A DNA stretch of 59,431 nucleotides from Myxococcota bacterium (GTDB lineage Bacteria; Myxococcota_A; UBA9160; UBA6930). The stretch is from assembly GCA_036560185.1 (NCBI GenBank), contig DATBRS010000246.1, positions 1-59,431 of the forward strand. The letters are read 5' to 3'. The position numbers were made by a program, and so were the translations under genes. Positions 1 through 10,954 of this stretch are shown piece by piece (the stretch's first letter is position 1; every line of letters starts with the position of its first letter). The notes beneath the pieces were generated by a model. The model ran no database searches. It was not told where the DNA came from and worked only from the letters and a program-made list of their open reading frames with translations.

Positions 1-131
1 TCGATCCGCTCGCCCTGCTTGAGGGCGCGCGTCATCGAATCGAAGATCGTGTTGACCACGATCTCCGTGTCCTTCTTGGAGATGTGCGGCATCAGCTCCG
101 CGACCTTCTCGATCAGTCCGCTCTTGGTCAT
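1..131 (-). CDS. ihfB: Integration host factor beta subunit, 5' part only (runs off the window start)
   Basis: Manual translation from ATG 131 gives MTKSGLIEKVAELMPHISKKDTEIVVNTIFDSMTRALKQGERI, a typical IHF-beta N-terminus. GGAGAGGA SD lies upstream and the gene sits directly downstream of rpsA. Not in the ORF track. Confidence 0.93.
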   Translation of the reverse strand, partial: MTKSGLIEKVAELMPHISKKDTEIVVNTIFDSMTRALKQGERI

Positions 132-145
132 TTCCTCTCCCCAGG

Positions 146-171
146 TGGGCCGGGGCCTGCGCCCCGGCCCA
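146..171. terminator. GC-rich hairpin in the rpsA-ihfB spacer (pause, processing or weak terminator element)
   Basis: TGGGCCGGGGC-ctgc-GCCCCGGCCCA, an 11-bp perfect stem. There is no U-tract on the minus (sense) strand. Confidence 0.45.
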
Positions 172-190
172 GTGGCGTTGCCGGCTGGAA

Positions 191-1885
191 CTATTCGCCG
201 CCGTCCATCTTCGCGAGCTTCTCCTTCAGCAGGTCGCCGAAGGTCGTGGTCTGCGTGCTGGACTGACGCACCGCGTGGCGCTTCAGCTCGTCTCGCAGCT
301 CACGATCGGAGAGCGCGCGAATCGAGAGCGAGATCTTCTGATCGACCGCGTCCACCTTCGTGATGACGGCCCGGACCTCTTGGCCCGCGCTCACCACGTC
401 CGAAGGCTTGCCGACCGGATCGGCCGAGAGCTCGCTGCTGTAGATCAAGCCCTCGATCCCCGCTTCGAGGCGAACGAACGCGCCGAAGTCGACCACGTTC
501 GTGACCTGGCCGGTGATCTCCGAGCCGACCGGGTAGCGCTTCGAGATGTCGTCCCAGGGATTCGGCGTGAGCTGCTTGACGCCGAGTGAGAACTTCTCGT
601 TCTCGCGATCGATCTTGAGCACGATCGCCTCGACCTCGTCACCCTCGTTGTACTTCTCCTTGGGATGCTTGATCTGCTCGGTCCACGAGATGTCCGACAC
701 GTGAACCAGCCCATCGATGCCTTCCTCGAGCCCGACGAAGAGCCCGAAGTTGGTGATGTTGCGGACCGGTCCGCGCACGTGCGTGCCGACCGGATACTTC
801 TCCTCGATCAGCGACCACGGGTTCGGCTCGATCTGCTTCATGCCGAGGGAGATCTTGCGATTTCCCTCGTCGACGTCGAGCACGATCGCTTCGACCATGT
901 CGTTCAGGTTCACCATCTTCGACGGGTGCTTGATGCGCTTCGTCCACGACATCTCGGAGATGTGGACGAGGCCCTCGATGCCCGGCTCGAGCTCGAGGAA
1001 CGCGCCGTAGTCGGTGAGCGATACGACGCGGCCCTGGATGCGCCGGCCCATCTGGTACTTCATCGCGGCGTCGCGCCACGGGTCGGGCTGGATCTGCTTG
1101 AGGCCCAGCGAGACGCGTTCGCTCTCCACGTCGAAGCGCAGCACCTTCACCTTGAGCTCGTCGCCCACGCGGAACAGCTCGCTCGGGTGATTCACGCGGC
1201 CCCACGACATGTCGGTCACGTGGAGCAGGCCGTCGAGGCCGCCGAGATCGATGAACGCACCGTAGTCGGTGATGTTCTTGATCACGCCGTCGATGATCTG
1301 GCCTTCCTGCAGCGTCTGCAGCGTGGTCGCGCGCATGCGCTCGCGCTCTTTCTCGAGCAGCGCGCGCCGCGAGAGCACGATGTTCCCGCGCCGCTTGTTG
1401 AACTTGATGATCTTGAACTGCAGCCGTTCGCCGAGCAGCGCTTCCAGGTTGCGCACGGGGCGCAGGTCCACCTGCGAGCCGGGCAAGAACGCCTTCACGC
1501 CGATGTCGACCGAGAGGCCGCCCTTCACGCGCGAGATGACTTTGCCTTCCACCGACTCGTCGGCTTCGAAGGCCTTGCTGATCTCGTCCCAGATCTTGAG
1601 ACGGTCGGCCTTCTCCTTGCTGAGGACGATGTAGCCGTCCTCGTCCTCGACCTCTTCGATGAAGACGTCGACGCTGTCGCCCGGCTTGACCAGCAGGCGC
1701 CCGGATTCGTCCATGAATTCCCAGGCGTCGACCAGACCTTCGGACTTGAAGCCCACGTCCACCTGCACGTGGTCTTGATCTGCGGCGAGCACTCGTCCCT
1801 TGACGACCTCGCCTTCCTTGAGCTTCGGCGCGTCCTTCGCGAACAGCTCCGCGAACGACATGCCGGTTGTGGGTTGTTGAGACAT
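191..1885 (-). CDS. rpsA: 30S ribosomal protein S1
   Basis: Repeated S1 domains (DVGFKSEG, KAFLPGSQVD, YGAFIDLGGLDGLLHVTDMSW, EGLVHISEMSW). Start moved to ATG 1885 (MSQQPTTG), which follows an AAGGAG SD. Confidence 0.98.
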   Translation of the reverse strand: MSQQPTTGMSFAELFAKDAPKLKEGEVVKGRVLAADQDHVQVDVGFKSEGLVDAWEFMDESGRLLVKPGDSVDVFIEEVEDEDGYIVLSKEKADRLKIWDEISKAFEADESVEGKVISRVKGGLSVDIGVKAFLPGSQVDLRPVRNLEALLGERLQFKIIKFNKRRGNIVLSRRALLEKERERMRATTLQTLQEGQIIDGVIKNITDYGAFIDLGGLDGLLHVTDMSWGRVNHPSELFRVGDELKVKVLRFDVESERVSLGLKQIQPDPWRDAAMKYQMGRRIQGRVVSLTDYGAFLELEPGIEGLVHISEMSWTKRIKHPSKMVNLNDMVEAIVLDVDEGNRKISLGMKQIEPNPWSLIEEKYPVGTHVRGPVRNITNFGLFVGLEEGIDGLVHVSDISWTEQIKHPKEKYNEGDEVEAIVLKIDRENEKFSLGVKQLTPNPWDDISKRYPVGSEITGQVTNVVDFGAFVRLEAGIEGLIYSSELSADPVGKPSDVVSAGQEVRAVITKVDAVDQKISLSIRALSDRELRDELKRHAVRQSSTQTTTFGDLLKEKLAKMDGGE

Positions 1886-1895
1886 GAGACTGAAA

Positions 1896-2831
1896 TCACT
1901 CCTTGGTGGCCGCCGACTTGGCAGCCTGGTTTGTTTCCGGATGTTGGGATGCGCCTCCGGATCGGGCGAGAGGCTCTCCGACCGCGAGCTGAGCGCCCGC
2001 TGCGGAGAGCAGCTTCGTGACGGCGCTCGCGTCGCCACTCTCGATCGCACGCGCGAGCGCAGCGGCGCGCTCGGCGGCGGAGAGCAGCGGGCCGGCGAGC
2101 GCCTGCTTGTTGCTGACGAGGATGTCGGCCCACATCGCCGGATCGCTGGCCGCGATGCGCGTGAAGTCGCGAAAGCCCGGGCCGGTGAGCTCGCGCGCGC
2201 CCGCCGGCGCGTCCGCGAGCGAGGCGGCGTAGGCGAAGGCGATCGCGTGCGGGGCGTGGCTCACCCACGCCACCTCTTCGTCGTGCCGCGCCGCGCTGCG
2301 CCGCAGCACGCGCGCGCCGAGCGCGCGCCACAGCCACAGCACGCGCTCCTCCGCCGCCGGATTCGCCGGCCGCGCGGGGGTGACGATGCAGACCGCGTTC
2401 TCGAACAGGTCCGCGCGCGCGTGCGCGTAGCCCGTCTGATGGCCGCCGGCCATCGGATGGGAGCCGACGTAGCTGACGCCCGCAGGCAGCAGCGCGGGGA
2501 GCGCTTCCGCGAGCGGCGCCTTCACGCTGCCCACGTCGGTGACGATCGCGCCCGCGGCGAGCTGCGGCGCGAGCTGCGCGGTGAGCCCCGGCATCGCGTG
2601 CACGGGGCTCGCGAGCACGACGAGATCGGCGCCGCGCACGCCGGCCGCGAGGTCGCACTCCGCGCGGTCCGCGATGCCGAGCGCCACGACCTCACGCTGG
2701 GCCTCGGCGCGCCGCACTACCGCGACCACCTCGCTGGCGAGCCGGCGCTCGCGCAGCGCGCGAGCGACCGAGCCGCCGAGCAGGCCCGTGCCCACCACCG
2801 CGACGCGCGCGAAGTGCTGCGCGTCCGTCAT
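1896..2831 (-). CDS. tyrA: Prephenate/arogenate dehydrogenase
   Basis: Rossmann motif VVGTGLLGGS, plus TDVGSVK, YVGSHPMAG, HDEEVAWVSHAPH and GFRDFTRIAASDPAMWADI. ATG 2831 overlaps the hisC stop (ATGA). Confidence 0.93.
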   Translation of the reverse strand: MTDAQHFARVAVVGTGLLGGSVARALRERRLASEVVAVVRRAEAQREVVALGIADRAECDLAAGVRGADLVVLASPVHAMPGLTAQLAPQLAAGAIVTDVGSVKAPLAEALPALLPAGVSYVGSHPMAGGHQTGYAHARADLFENAVCIVTPARPANPAAEERVLWLWRALGARVLRRSAARHDEEVAWVSHAPHAIAFAYAASLADAPAGARELTGPGFRDFTRIAASDPAMWADILVSNKQALAGPLLSAAERAAALARAIESGDASAVTKLLSAAGAQLAVGEPLARSGGASQHPETNQAAKSAATKE

Positions 2832-3910
2832 TTCGCGGACCGCCACTGCTGCAGCGCCTTCACGCAGCGCTCGTTCTCCTCGGCGGTGCCGACTGTGATG
2901 CGGATGTGCGCGGGCAGCCCGAAGCCGGCGAGCGGCCGCACGATCACGCCCTGCCGCAAGAGCGCGTCGTAGGCACCGGCGCCGGCATCCGCGAGTAGAA
3001 AGTTCGCGTCGGTGGGCCAGGTCGCGATCCCGAGCGCCGCGAGCTCGCGCGTCAGGTAGGCGATGCCTTCGGCGTTGCCCTCGCGCGTCCGCGCCACGTG
3101 CTCGGCGTCGTCGAGCGCTGCGACCGCAGCCTCTTCGGCGAGCAGGTTCAGGTTGAACGGATGCCGCGCGCGCTCGAGGTAGCCGATCAGCTCCGGGTCG
3201 CCGACGCCGTAGCCGACGCGCATCCCCGCGAGCCCGTAGATCTTCGAGAACGTGCGGATCACGAGCGTGCCGGGACGCTTGGCGATCCAGCCGAGCGAAT
3301 CCGGGAAGTCCTCGCGGCGCACGAACTCGAAGTACGCCTCGTCGACCACGAGCACGACGTCGGCGGGAAGCGACGCCACGAATGCGTCGAACTCCTTGCG
3401 CCCGACGCTCGTGCCGGTCGGGTTGTTGGGATTGCAGATCATCACGGCGCGGGTGCGCGTCGTGATCGCTTCACGCATCGCGCGCAGGTCGTGCACGAGG
3501 CCCGCGTCGAGCGGCACCGGCACCGCGCTCGCGCCCATTCCGGCAGTCACGATCGGGTACATCGCGAAGGACGGCCACGCGTACACGACCTCGTCGCCCG
3601 GGCCGACGAACGATTTCACGAGCAGCTCGAAGATCTCGTCGGCACCGCACCCGAACACGATCTGATTGCCGGCCACGCCCAAGCGCTTCGCGAGCTTCTC
3701 GCGCAGCTTGAAGCTCGCGCCGTCGGGGTAGCGGTTCACGCGGCTGGCCGCGTCGGCGATCGCGTCGAGCGCGCGCGGCGAGGGGCCGAAGGGATTCTCG
3801 TTCGACGCCAGCTTCACCGCCTGCTTGATGCCGAGCTCGCGCTCGAGCTCCTCGATCGGCTTGCCCGGCTTGTACGGCTCGAGCCCCGGAATCCACGGCT
3901 TGACGCGCAT
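2828..3910 (-). CDS. hisC: Histidinol-phosphate / aromatic aminotransferase
   Basis: KLASNENPFGPSP, CNPNNPTG, VVDEAYFEF and the PLP lysine motif RTFSKIYGLAGMRVGY. ATG 3910 overlaps the pheA stop (TGATG). Confidence 0.96.
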   Translation of the reverse strand: MRVKPWIPGLEPYKPGKPIEELERELGIKQAVKLASNENPFGPSPRALDAIADAASRVNRYPDGASFKLREKLAKRLGVAGNQIVFGCGADEIFELLVKSFVGPGDEVVYAWPSFAMYPIVTAGMGASAVPVPLDAGLVHDLRAMREAITTRTRAVMICNPNNPTGTSVGRKEFDAFVASLPADVVLVVDEAYFEFVRREDFPDSLGWIAKRPGTLVIRTFSKIYGLAGMRVGYGVGDPELIGYLERARHPFNLNLLAEEAAVAALDDAEHVARTREGNAEGIAYLTRELAALGIATWPTDANFLLADAGAGAYDALLRQGVIVRPLAGFGLPAHIRITVGTAEENERCVKALQQWRSAK

Positions 3911-5043
3911 CAGCCCGCCTCTCCCGGGCGCAGCGTCGCCGCGCGCGGGAACGAGCCGAGCACGCGCCACGAGGTCGCGAGCTTCGCGGCGTCGGCGCAG
4001 GCGTCCTGTACGCGCTGCTCGCTGTGATGGCCCTCGAGATCGATGAAGAACACGTACTCCCAGGGCGTGCCCTTCAGCGGGCGCGCTTGGATGCTCGTGA
4101 GGTTCACGCCGTGCGCGGCGAACGGCGCGAGCAGGCGATGCAGCGCGCCGGACTCGCTCTTGCGCACCGTGTACGCGAGGCAGGTGAGATCGTTGCCGCT
4201 CGGGCCGGGCGCATCGCCGCCGACGACGAGAAAGCGCGTCGTGTTGTCGCGGCGGTCCTCGATGTTCGCGGCCACCGTCGCGAGCCCCGTCAGCTCGCCG
4301 GCGAGCGCGCTCGCGATCGCCGCCGTGCCGGGCTCGCGCTGCGCGAGCTGAGCCGCCGCGGCGGTGCTCGGCGTCTCGAAGCGCTCGATGCCGGGCAAAT
4401 GCCGATCCAGCCAGCTGCGGCACTGCGCGAGCGGCTGCGGGTGCGATGCGACGCGCTTCACGTCCTCGAGCTTCCCGGACTGCGACAGCAAGAACTGCGA
4501 GATCCGCAGCACCGTCTCGCCGCACAGCGCGAGCCGCGTCTCGATCAGCGCGTCGAGGGTCTGCGTCACGACACCGTCGGTCGAGTTCTCGACCGGAACG
4601 ACGCCGAGATCGGCCTCGTGGCGCTCGATGGCCGTGATCACGTCGCCGATCGTCGCGACCGACACGTACTCCGCTTGCTCCCCGAACGTGGCGCGCGCCG
4701 CGGCGTGGGAGAACGTCCCGTCGGGTCCGAGATACGCGATGCGCAGGCGCGCCTCGAGCGAGTACGTGGCCGAGATGATCTCGCGGAACACCGCGCGGAT
4801 TCCCGAGGCCGGGAAGGCGCCGAGGTTGCTGCGCACCAAGGCGTCGACGAGGTCGCGTTCGCGCGCGGCGCGGTACACGCTCGCGCGCTCGGAGCGCTTG
4901 AGCTCGCCGACTTGCTTCACGAGCTCCGCACGCTTGTTCAGCTCGGCGAGGATGTCGCGATCGACGGCGTCGATGGCCGCGCGCAAGCCGGCGAGCGCGG
5001 CCTCGCCGCCTCGTGCCGTCGTCTTCGCCTTCGGATCGCCCAT
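3910..5043 (-). CDS. pheA: Chorismate mutase / prephenate dehydratase (P-protein) with C-terminal ACT domain
   Basis: CM domain LRAAIDAVDRDILAELNKRA; PDT motifs YLGPDGTFSH, VVPVENSTDG, SHPQPLAQC and NTTRF; ACT motif YVFFIDLEGH. ATG 5043 follows an AAAGGAG SD. Confidence 0.96.
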   Translation of the reverse strand: MGDPKAKTTARGGEAALAGLRAAIDAVDRDILAELNKRAELVKQVGELKRSERASVYRAARERDLVDALVRSNLGAFPASGIRAVFREIISATYSLEARLRIAYLGPDGTFSHAAARATFGEQAEYVSVATIGDVITAIERHEADLGVVPVENSTDGVVTQTLDALIETRLALCGETVLRISQFLLSQSGKLEDVKRVASHPQPLAQCRSWLDRHLPGIERFETPSTAAAAQLAQREPGTAAIASALAGELTGLATVAANIEDRRDNTTRFLVVGGDAPGPSGNDLTCLAYTVRKSESGALHRLLAPFAAHGVNLTSIQARPLKGTPWEYVFFIDLEGHHSEQRVQDACADAAKLATSWRVLGSFPRAATLRPGEAG

Positions 5044-5283
5044 GCTCTCCTTTCGCCGAGCCGAACCCGTGTCGACCGATCGCGATTCCCGCGCGAGGCG
5101 TGAACGCGACGGCAACAACGAGCGAGAAGCCGCGTAACCCCGCGAAAAAGCTCGCGCAGGCTATCGGATCGATTTTCGAGGGTCAAACCAGAAAAGCCGG
5201 ATTCCGCCGCGCTTCCGCGGAGTTACCGCGATCCCCCCGCAGGGCGCCGTGGCTCGCCCGGTGCCGCGCCAAAACGGATCGCG

Positions 5284-5296
5284 CATGCTCGCCGCG
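5284..5296 (+). promoter_or_regulatory. Possible -10 element for a leaderless coaE transcript
   Basis: CATGCT (5284-5289), then CGCCGCG, then ATG 5297, with no SD. Weaker than the other instances because position 1 is C. Confidence 0.35.
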
Positions 5297-5935
5297 ATGA
5301 CGCGGATCGTCGGGCTGACGGGCGGGATCGGGACCGGCAAGAGCACCGTCGCCCGCATGCTGGAGGCACTCGGCGCGGTCGTGGTCGATGCGGACGCGAT
5401 CGTCCACGAGCTGCAGGCGCCCGGGCAGCCCATGCTCGCCGAGATCGCGGCCGCGTTCGGCCCCGAGCTGCTGCGCGCGGACGGCAGCCTCGACCGCGCG
5501 CGACTGGCGCAGCGCGTATTCGCGGACCCGGCGGCGCGCCAGAAGCTCGGGGAGATCACGCATCCGGCGGTCGGGCGAGAGATGCTGCGGCGGCTCGAGG
5601 CCGCGCGCTCGGGAGGCGCTGCGCTGATCGTGCTGGACAACCCCCTGCTCTTCGAAGGCCGCGCCCGGCGCGCCGGCCCCGGCCGAGCCGCGGCGAGGGG
5701 CTCCTCAGCGGAGCCCGCCCAGGAGACGATCCTCGTGTACACGCCCGCCGAGACGCAGGTCGCGCGGCAGATGGCACGCGACGGCGTGACGCGCGAGTTC
5801 GCGCTCCAGCGCATGGCCGCGCAGCTGCCGATCGAGGAGAAGCGCGCACTCGCTACGCACGTGATCGACAACGCCGGCTCGCTCGAAGCCACGGAGCGCC
5901 AGGTCCGCGCGCTCCATGCCCAGCTCGCGCGCTAG
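5297..5935 (+). CDS. coaE: Dephospho-CoA kinase
   Basis: GLTGGIGTGKST P-loop, plus VVDADAIVHE, LDRARLAQRVF, ITHPAV and VIDNAGSLE. Confidence 0.95.
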   Translation: MTRIVGLTGGIGTGKSTVARMLEALGAVVVDADAIVHELQAPGQPMLAEIAAAFGPELLRADGSLDRARLAQRVFADPAARQKLGEITHPAVGREMLRRLEAARSGGAALIVLDNPLLFEGRARRAGPGRAAARGSSAEPAQETILVYTPAETQVARQMARDGVTREFALQRMAAQLPIEEKRALATHVIDNAGSLEATERQVRALHAQLAR

Positions 5936-6738
5936 CCGCCGGCCCCGCGCAGGGCCCCCTTCATCGCTCGGGCGAAACGCGCCACCGCCTCGACCGCTGC
6001 GCCCCGGCTCGGTGCCGCCTCGATCTCGCTCACGATCGCGCTGCCGACTGCCACGCCGTCCGCATAGCGCCCGATCTCGCGCGCGTGCTCCGGCCGCGAC
6101 ACGCCGAAGCCGACGCACACGGGGATGTCACCCAACCGCCGGATCCCGGCGACGCTGGCCTCGATGCCAGCGGCCAGCTCGCTGCGCGCGGCAGTTACGC
6201 CGGTCAACGAGACGTAGTACAGGAAGCCGCGGGTGTTGTGGACGAGCATGCGCATGCGGGCCGGTGTCGTCGTGGGCGACGCGAGCAACACGCTGTCAAC
6301 GCCGCGCTTCGCGAACGCCCCGTACAAGTCGGCGCCCTCTTCGGGCGGTAGATCCGGGCAGAGGATTCCATCGACGCCCGCGTCGGCGCAGGCGGCCGCA
6401 CAGCCCTCGCTACCCAGCGCGTAGAAGGGATTCGCGTAGCCCATCAGCAGCAGCGGGATCTTCACCTGCGCGCGCAGCCGGGCGACGAGCGGCAGCACCT
6501 TCCGCAGCGTCGTGCCCTTCGCGAGCGCGCGCTCGCTCGCGCGCTGGATCGTGGGGCCGTCGGCGCTCGGATCCGAGAACGGGATGCCGATCTCGATCAA
6601 GTCGGCGCCGCTGTCGGCGAGCGCGAGGATCAGCTCCGCGGTCGTCTCGAGATCCGGGTCGCCCGCCGTGACGAATGGGGCGAACGCGCGCTCTCCGGCA
6701 GCGCGTAGCGTCGCGAACGTCGCCGCGATTCGGCTCAC
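5932..6738 (-). CDS. trpA: Tryptophan synthase alpha chain
   Basis: [42 protein letters not shown] and VGFGVS. GTG 6738 overlaps the trpB stop. Confidence 0.97.
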   Translation of the reverse strand: MSRIAATFATLRAAGERAFAPFVTAGDPDLETTAELILALADSGADLIEIGIPFSDPSADGPTIQRASERALAKGTTLRKVLPLVARLRAQVKIPLLLMGYANPFYALGSEGCAAACADAGVDGILCPDLPPEEGADLYGAFAKRGVDSVLLASPTTTPARMRMLVHNTRGFLYYVSLTGVTAARSELAAGIEASVAGIRRLGDIPVCVGFGVSRPEHAREIGRYADGVAVGSAIVSEIEAAPSRGAAVEAVARFARAMKGALRGAGG

Positions 6739-7949
6739 TGCGCTCCGCCCGGCCGGCGCGCGGCGAGGATCTCGCGCACCTGCGGCGCGTCCTTGTCGCC
6801 GCGCCCCGAGAGATTGACGATCACGAGCGCAGCGCGCGGCAGCTCGCGCGCGAGCTTCGGCAGATACGCGATGGCGTGGGCGGACTCGAGCGCGGGCAGC
6901 AGCCCCTCGATGCGCGCGAGCTGCTGGAACGCGGCGAGCGCCTCTTCGTCGGTGATCGAGACGTAAGTCGCGCGCCCGCTCTCGTGGAGATGCGCGTGCT
7001 CGGGGCCGACGCCGGGGTAGTCGAGGCCGGCCGAGATCGAGTGCGCCGGGAAGATCTGCCCGTCGTCGTCGGCCAACACCAGCGTGCGCTGGCCGTGCAG
7101 GATGCCCGGAACGCCCGCGCCGATCGTGACGCCATGCCGCCCGCTCGCGATGCCCTCGCCCGCAGGCTCGACGCCGAACATGCGCACGGACGCATCGCCG
7201 AGGAACGGGTGGAAGAGACCCATCGCGTTCGAGCCGCCGCCGACGCAGGCGACGAGCGCGTCGGGCAGCCGGCCCGCGCGCAGCAGGATCTGCTCGCGCG
7301 CCTCGAGGCCGATCACGCGCTGGAAGTCGCGCACCAGCGTCGGATACGGATGCGGCCCCATCACCGAGCCGATGCAGTAGTAGGTCGTGCGCACGTTCGT
7401 GACCCAGTCGCGCAGCGCCTCGTTGATCGCGTCCTTGAGCGTGCGCGAGCCGCACGTGACGGCGTGCACCTGCGCGCCGAGCAGCTCCATGCGAAACACG
7501 TTCAGCGCCTGGCGCTTCACGTCCTCCTCGCCCATGAAGACTTCGCATTGCAGCCCGAGCAGCGCGCAGGCGGTCGCGGTCGCGACGCCGTGCTGGCCCG
7601 CGCCCGTCTCGGCAATCACGCGCGGCTTGCCCATGTACTTCGCGAGCAGCGCCTGACCGAGCACGTTGTTGATCTTGTGCGCGCCGGTGTGCGCGAGATC
7701 TTCGCGCTTCAGGTAGACCGTGAGCCCGGTTTCCTCGGAGAGCCGGCGCGCGTGATAGAGCGGCGTGGGGCGGCCGGCATAGTGCGTGAGCAGATCGCCG
7801 AGCTCGCGCTGGAACTCGGCGGAGGAGACGACGCGCGCGATCGCGGCCTCGAGCTCGTCGAGCGCCGCGATCAGCGACTCCGCGACGTAGCGGCCGCCGA
7901 AGCTCCCGAAGCGCCCGCGGCTCGGTCCGGGTTCCAGCGACTCGCTCAT
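6735..7949 (-). CDS. trpB: Tryptophan synthase beta chain
   Basis: PLP lysine motif [16 protein letters not shown], plus [19 protein letters not shown] and [18 protein letters not shown] 7949 overlaps the trpF stop. Confidence 0.98.
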   Translation of the reverse strand: MSESLEPGPSRGRFGSFGGRYVAESLIAALDELEAAIARVVSSAEFQRELGDLLTHYAGRPTPLYHARRLSEETGLTVYLKREDLAHTGAHKINNVLGQALLAKYMGKPRVIAETGAGQHGVATATACALLGLQCEVFMGEEDVKRQALNVFRMELLGAQVHAVTCGSRTLKDAINEALRDWVTNVRTTYYCIGSVMGPHPYPTLVRDFQRVIGLEAREQILLRAGRLPDALVACVGGGSNAMGLFHPFLGDASVRMFGVEPAGEGIASGRHGVTIGAGVPGILHGQRTLVLADDDGQIFPAHSISAGLDYPGVGPEHAHLHESGRATYVSITDEEALAAFQQLARIEGLLPALESAHAIAYLPKLARELPRAALVIVNLSGRGDKDAPQVREILAARRPGGAQ

Positions 7950-8563
7950 TTCGACGCCTCGCGCACCGCCTTCACGAAGGCCACGATCTTCGCGGCGTCC
8001 TTGCGGAAGCTCTCGCCGTCGACGCCGGTCGCGACGTCGACGCCCCAGGGCAGCACGTCGCCGACGTCCGCGAGCGCCTGCGCGACGTTCTCGGGAGTGA
8101 GGCCGCCCGCGAGGATCACGTCGATGCCCGCGGAGATCAGCTGCGAGGCCTCGCTCCAATTCCACGCCTTGCCCTTGCCACCGCCCTCGGTCGGGTGATC
8201 CAGCAACAAGATCGCGCTCGGGAACTGCTCGGCGGCCTCCATGTCGGCGCCGCGCACGGCCTTGATCACGGGCAGGTCGACGCGCTCGATGTCTTCCTCG
8301 GTCTCCTCCCCGTGGAACTGCACGCGCTCGAGGTCCACCCGCCGCATCACTCGGAGGATCTGATCGAAGGGCGCGTCCGCGAACAGCGCCACGCGCTCGA
8401 TCTGCCCCGACACGCGCTCCGAGATCTTTTGCGCCTGCTCGATGGTCAGGGCACGCGGGGAGCCCGGCACGAAGTTGAGCCCGATCAGGTCCACGCCGGC
8501 GTCGACCGCCGCCGCGGCGTCGTCGGGGTGGGTGATGCCGCACACCTTGATCCGAACCGTCAC
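7946..8563 (-). CDS. trpF: Phosphoribosylanthranilate isomerase
   Basis: IKVCGIT, VQFHGEE, LLLDH...[20 protein letters not shown] and [11 protein letters not shown] 8563 overlaps the trpC stop. Confidence 0.95.
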   Translation of the reverse strand: MTVRIKVCGITHPDDAAAAVDAGVDLIGLNFVPGSPRALTIEQAQKISERVSGQIERVALFADAPFDQILRVMRRVDLERVQFHGEETEEDIERVDLPVIKAVRGADMEAAEQFPSAILLLDHPTEGGGKGKAWNWSEASQLISAGIDVILAGGLTPENVAQALADVGDVLPWGVDVATGVDGESFRKDAAKIVAFVKAVREASK

Positions 8564-9341
8564 GCCGTTCCTCTCAGTTTTCGCAGGGCGAGCCCGACAT
8601 CGGTCTCGCGCATCAGCGACTCGCCGACCAAGTAGCCGCGCGCGCCCGCTCGCGCGAGCCGTGCGATGTCCTCGGGCGCGAAAATACCGCTCTCCGCGAC
8701 GACCACGGCGCGCCCAGCCGCCTTGGGGGCGAGCCGCTCGGTCACCGCCAGATCGGTGTGGAAGCTGCGCAGGTCGCGGTTGTTGATGCCGATCAGCGGC
8801 GCGCCGCACGCGAGCGCGACCTCGAGCTCGGCAGCGTCGTGCACCTCGACCAGTACCTCGAGCCCGCGGCTCGCGGCGTGCGCCGCGAACGCCGCGATCT
8901 CGCCTGGCGAGAGCGCCGCCACGATCAGCAGGATCGCGTCGGCGCCGGCGAGCCGCGCCTCGTCGATCTGATAGACGTCGACGACGAAGTCCTTGCGCAG
9001 GAGCGGCAGCGGAGTCGCAGCGCGCACGGCTTCGAGCACCGCGAGAGAGCCGCCGAAGTAGGACTCGTCGGTGAGCACCGAGAGGGCAGCTGCGCCCGCG
9101 GCGGTGTAGGCGCGCGCGATCGCCACCGGATCGAAGTCGCCGCGGATCTCGCCCCGGCTCGGAGACCTTCGCTTGATCTCGGCGATCACGCGCGCGCCCT
9201 CACCCCCCGCGAGCGCCGCGCGCAGGCTCACCGGCACGCGCGCGCAGGTCCGCGCGCGCGCCGCGATCGCTTCGGCGCTCTCGCGCCGCTTCGCGGCGGC
9301 GACCTCGTCGCGTTTGGTCGCGAGGATCCGCGCGAGGATCG

Positions 9342-9345
<4 letters not shown>
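8560..9345 (-). CDS. trpC: Indole-3-glycerol-phosphate synthase
   Basis: [47 protein letters not shown] and VAESGI. GTG 9345 overlaps the trpD stop. Confidence 0.97.
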
Positions 9346-10360
<1,015 letters not shown>

Positions 10361-10364
<4 letters not shown>

Positions 10365-10954
10365 GCGGCGGCCCGCGGCGCACAGCGCGCGAGGAAGTTC
10401 GCGAGCACGCGCTTGCCTTCCCGCGTGAGGATCGACTCGGGGTGGAACTGCACGCCCTCGATCGGCAGCGTGCGGTGGCGCACGCCCATGATCTCGCCGT
10501 CCTCCGTACGCGCCGTGACTTCGAGCGCCTCGGGGCAGCTTTCGGGCTCGATCACGAGGCTGTGATACCGCGTCGCCTCGAGGGGCGTCGCGAGCCCGTC
10601 GAAGACGCCGCGCTGCTCGTGGTGGATCAGCGACGTCTTGCCGTGCATGAGGCGCTTGGCGGCGACGATGCGTCCACCGAACACCTCGCCGATCGCCTGA
10701 TGACCGAGGCAGACGCCCAGCACCGGCGTGCCGCGCTCTCCGAACGCGCGCACCGCCGCCATCGAGACGCCCGCCGCGTCCGGGCGGCCCGGCCCGGGGG
10801 AGATCACGAGGCCGTCGACGGGCCGGGCGAGCGAGCTCGCGAGCGGCTCCGCGTCGTTGCGCACCACGTCGACGCTCGCGCCGAGCTCGCCGAGGTACTG
10901 GAACAGGTTGTACGTGAACGAGTCGTAGTTATCGATCAGCAACAAGCGCGGCAT
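10361..10954 (-). CDS. trpG: Anthranilate synthase component II (class I glutamine amidotransferase)
   Basis: IDNYDSFTYNL, VISPGPGRP, catalytic LGVCLGHQ, RYHSL and GVQFHPES. Confidence 0.96.
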
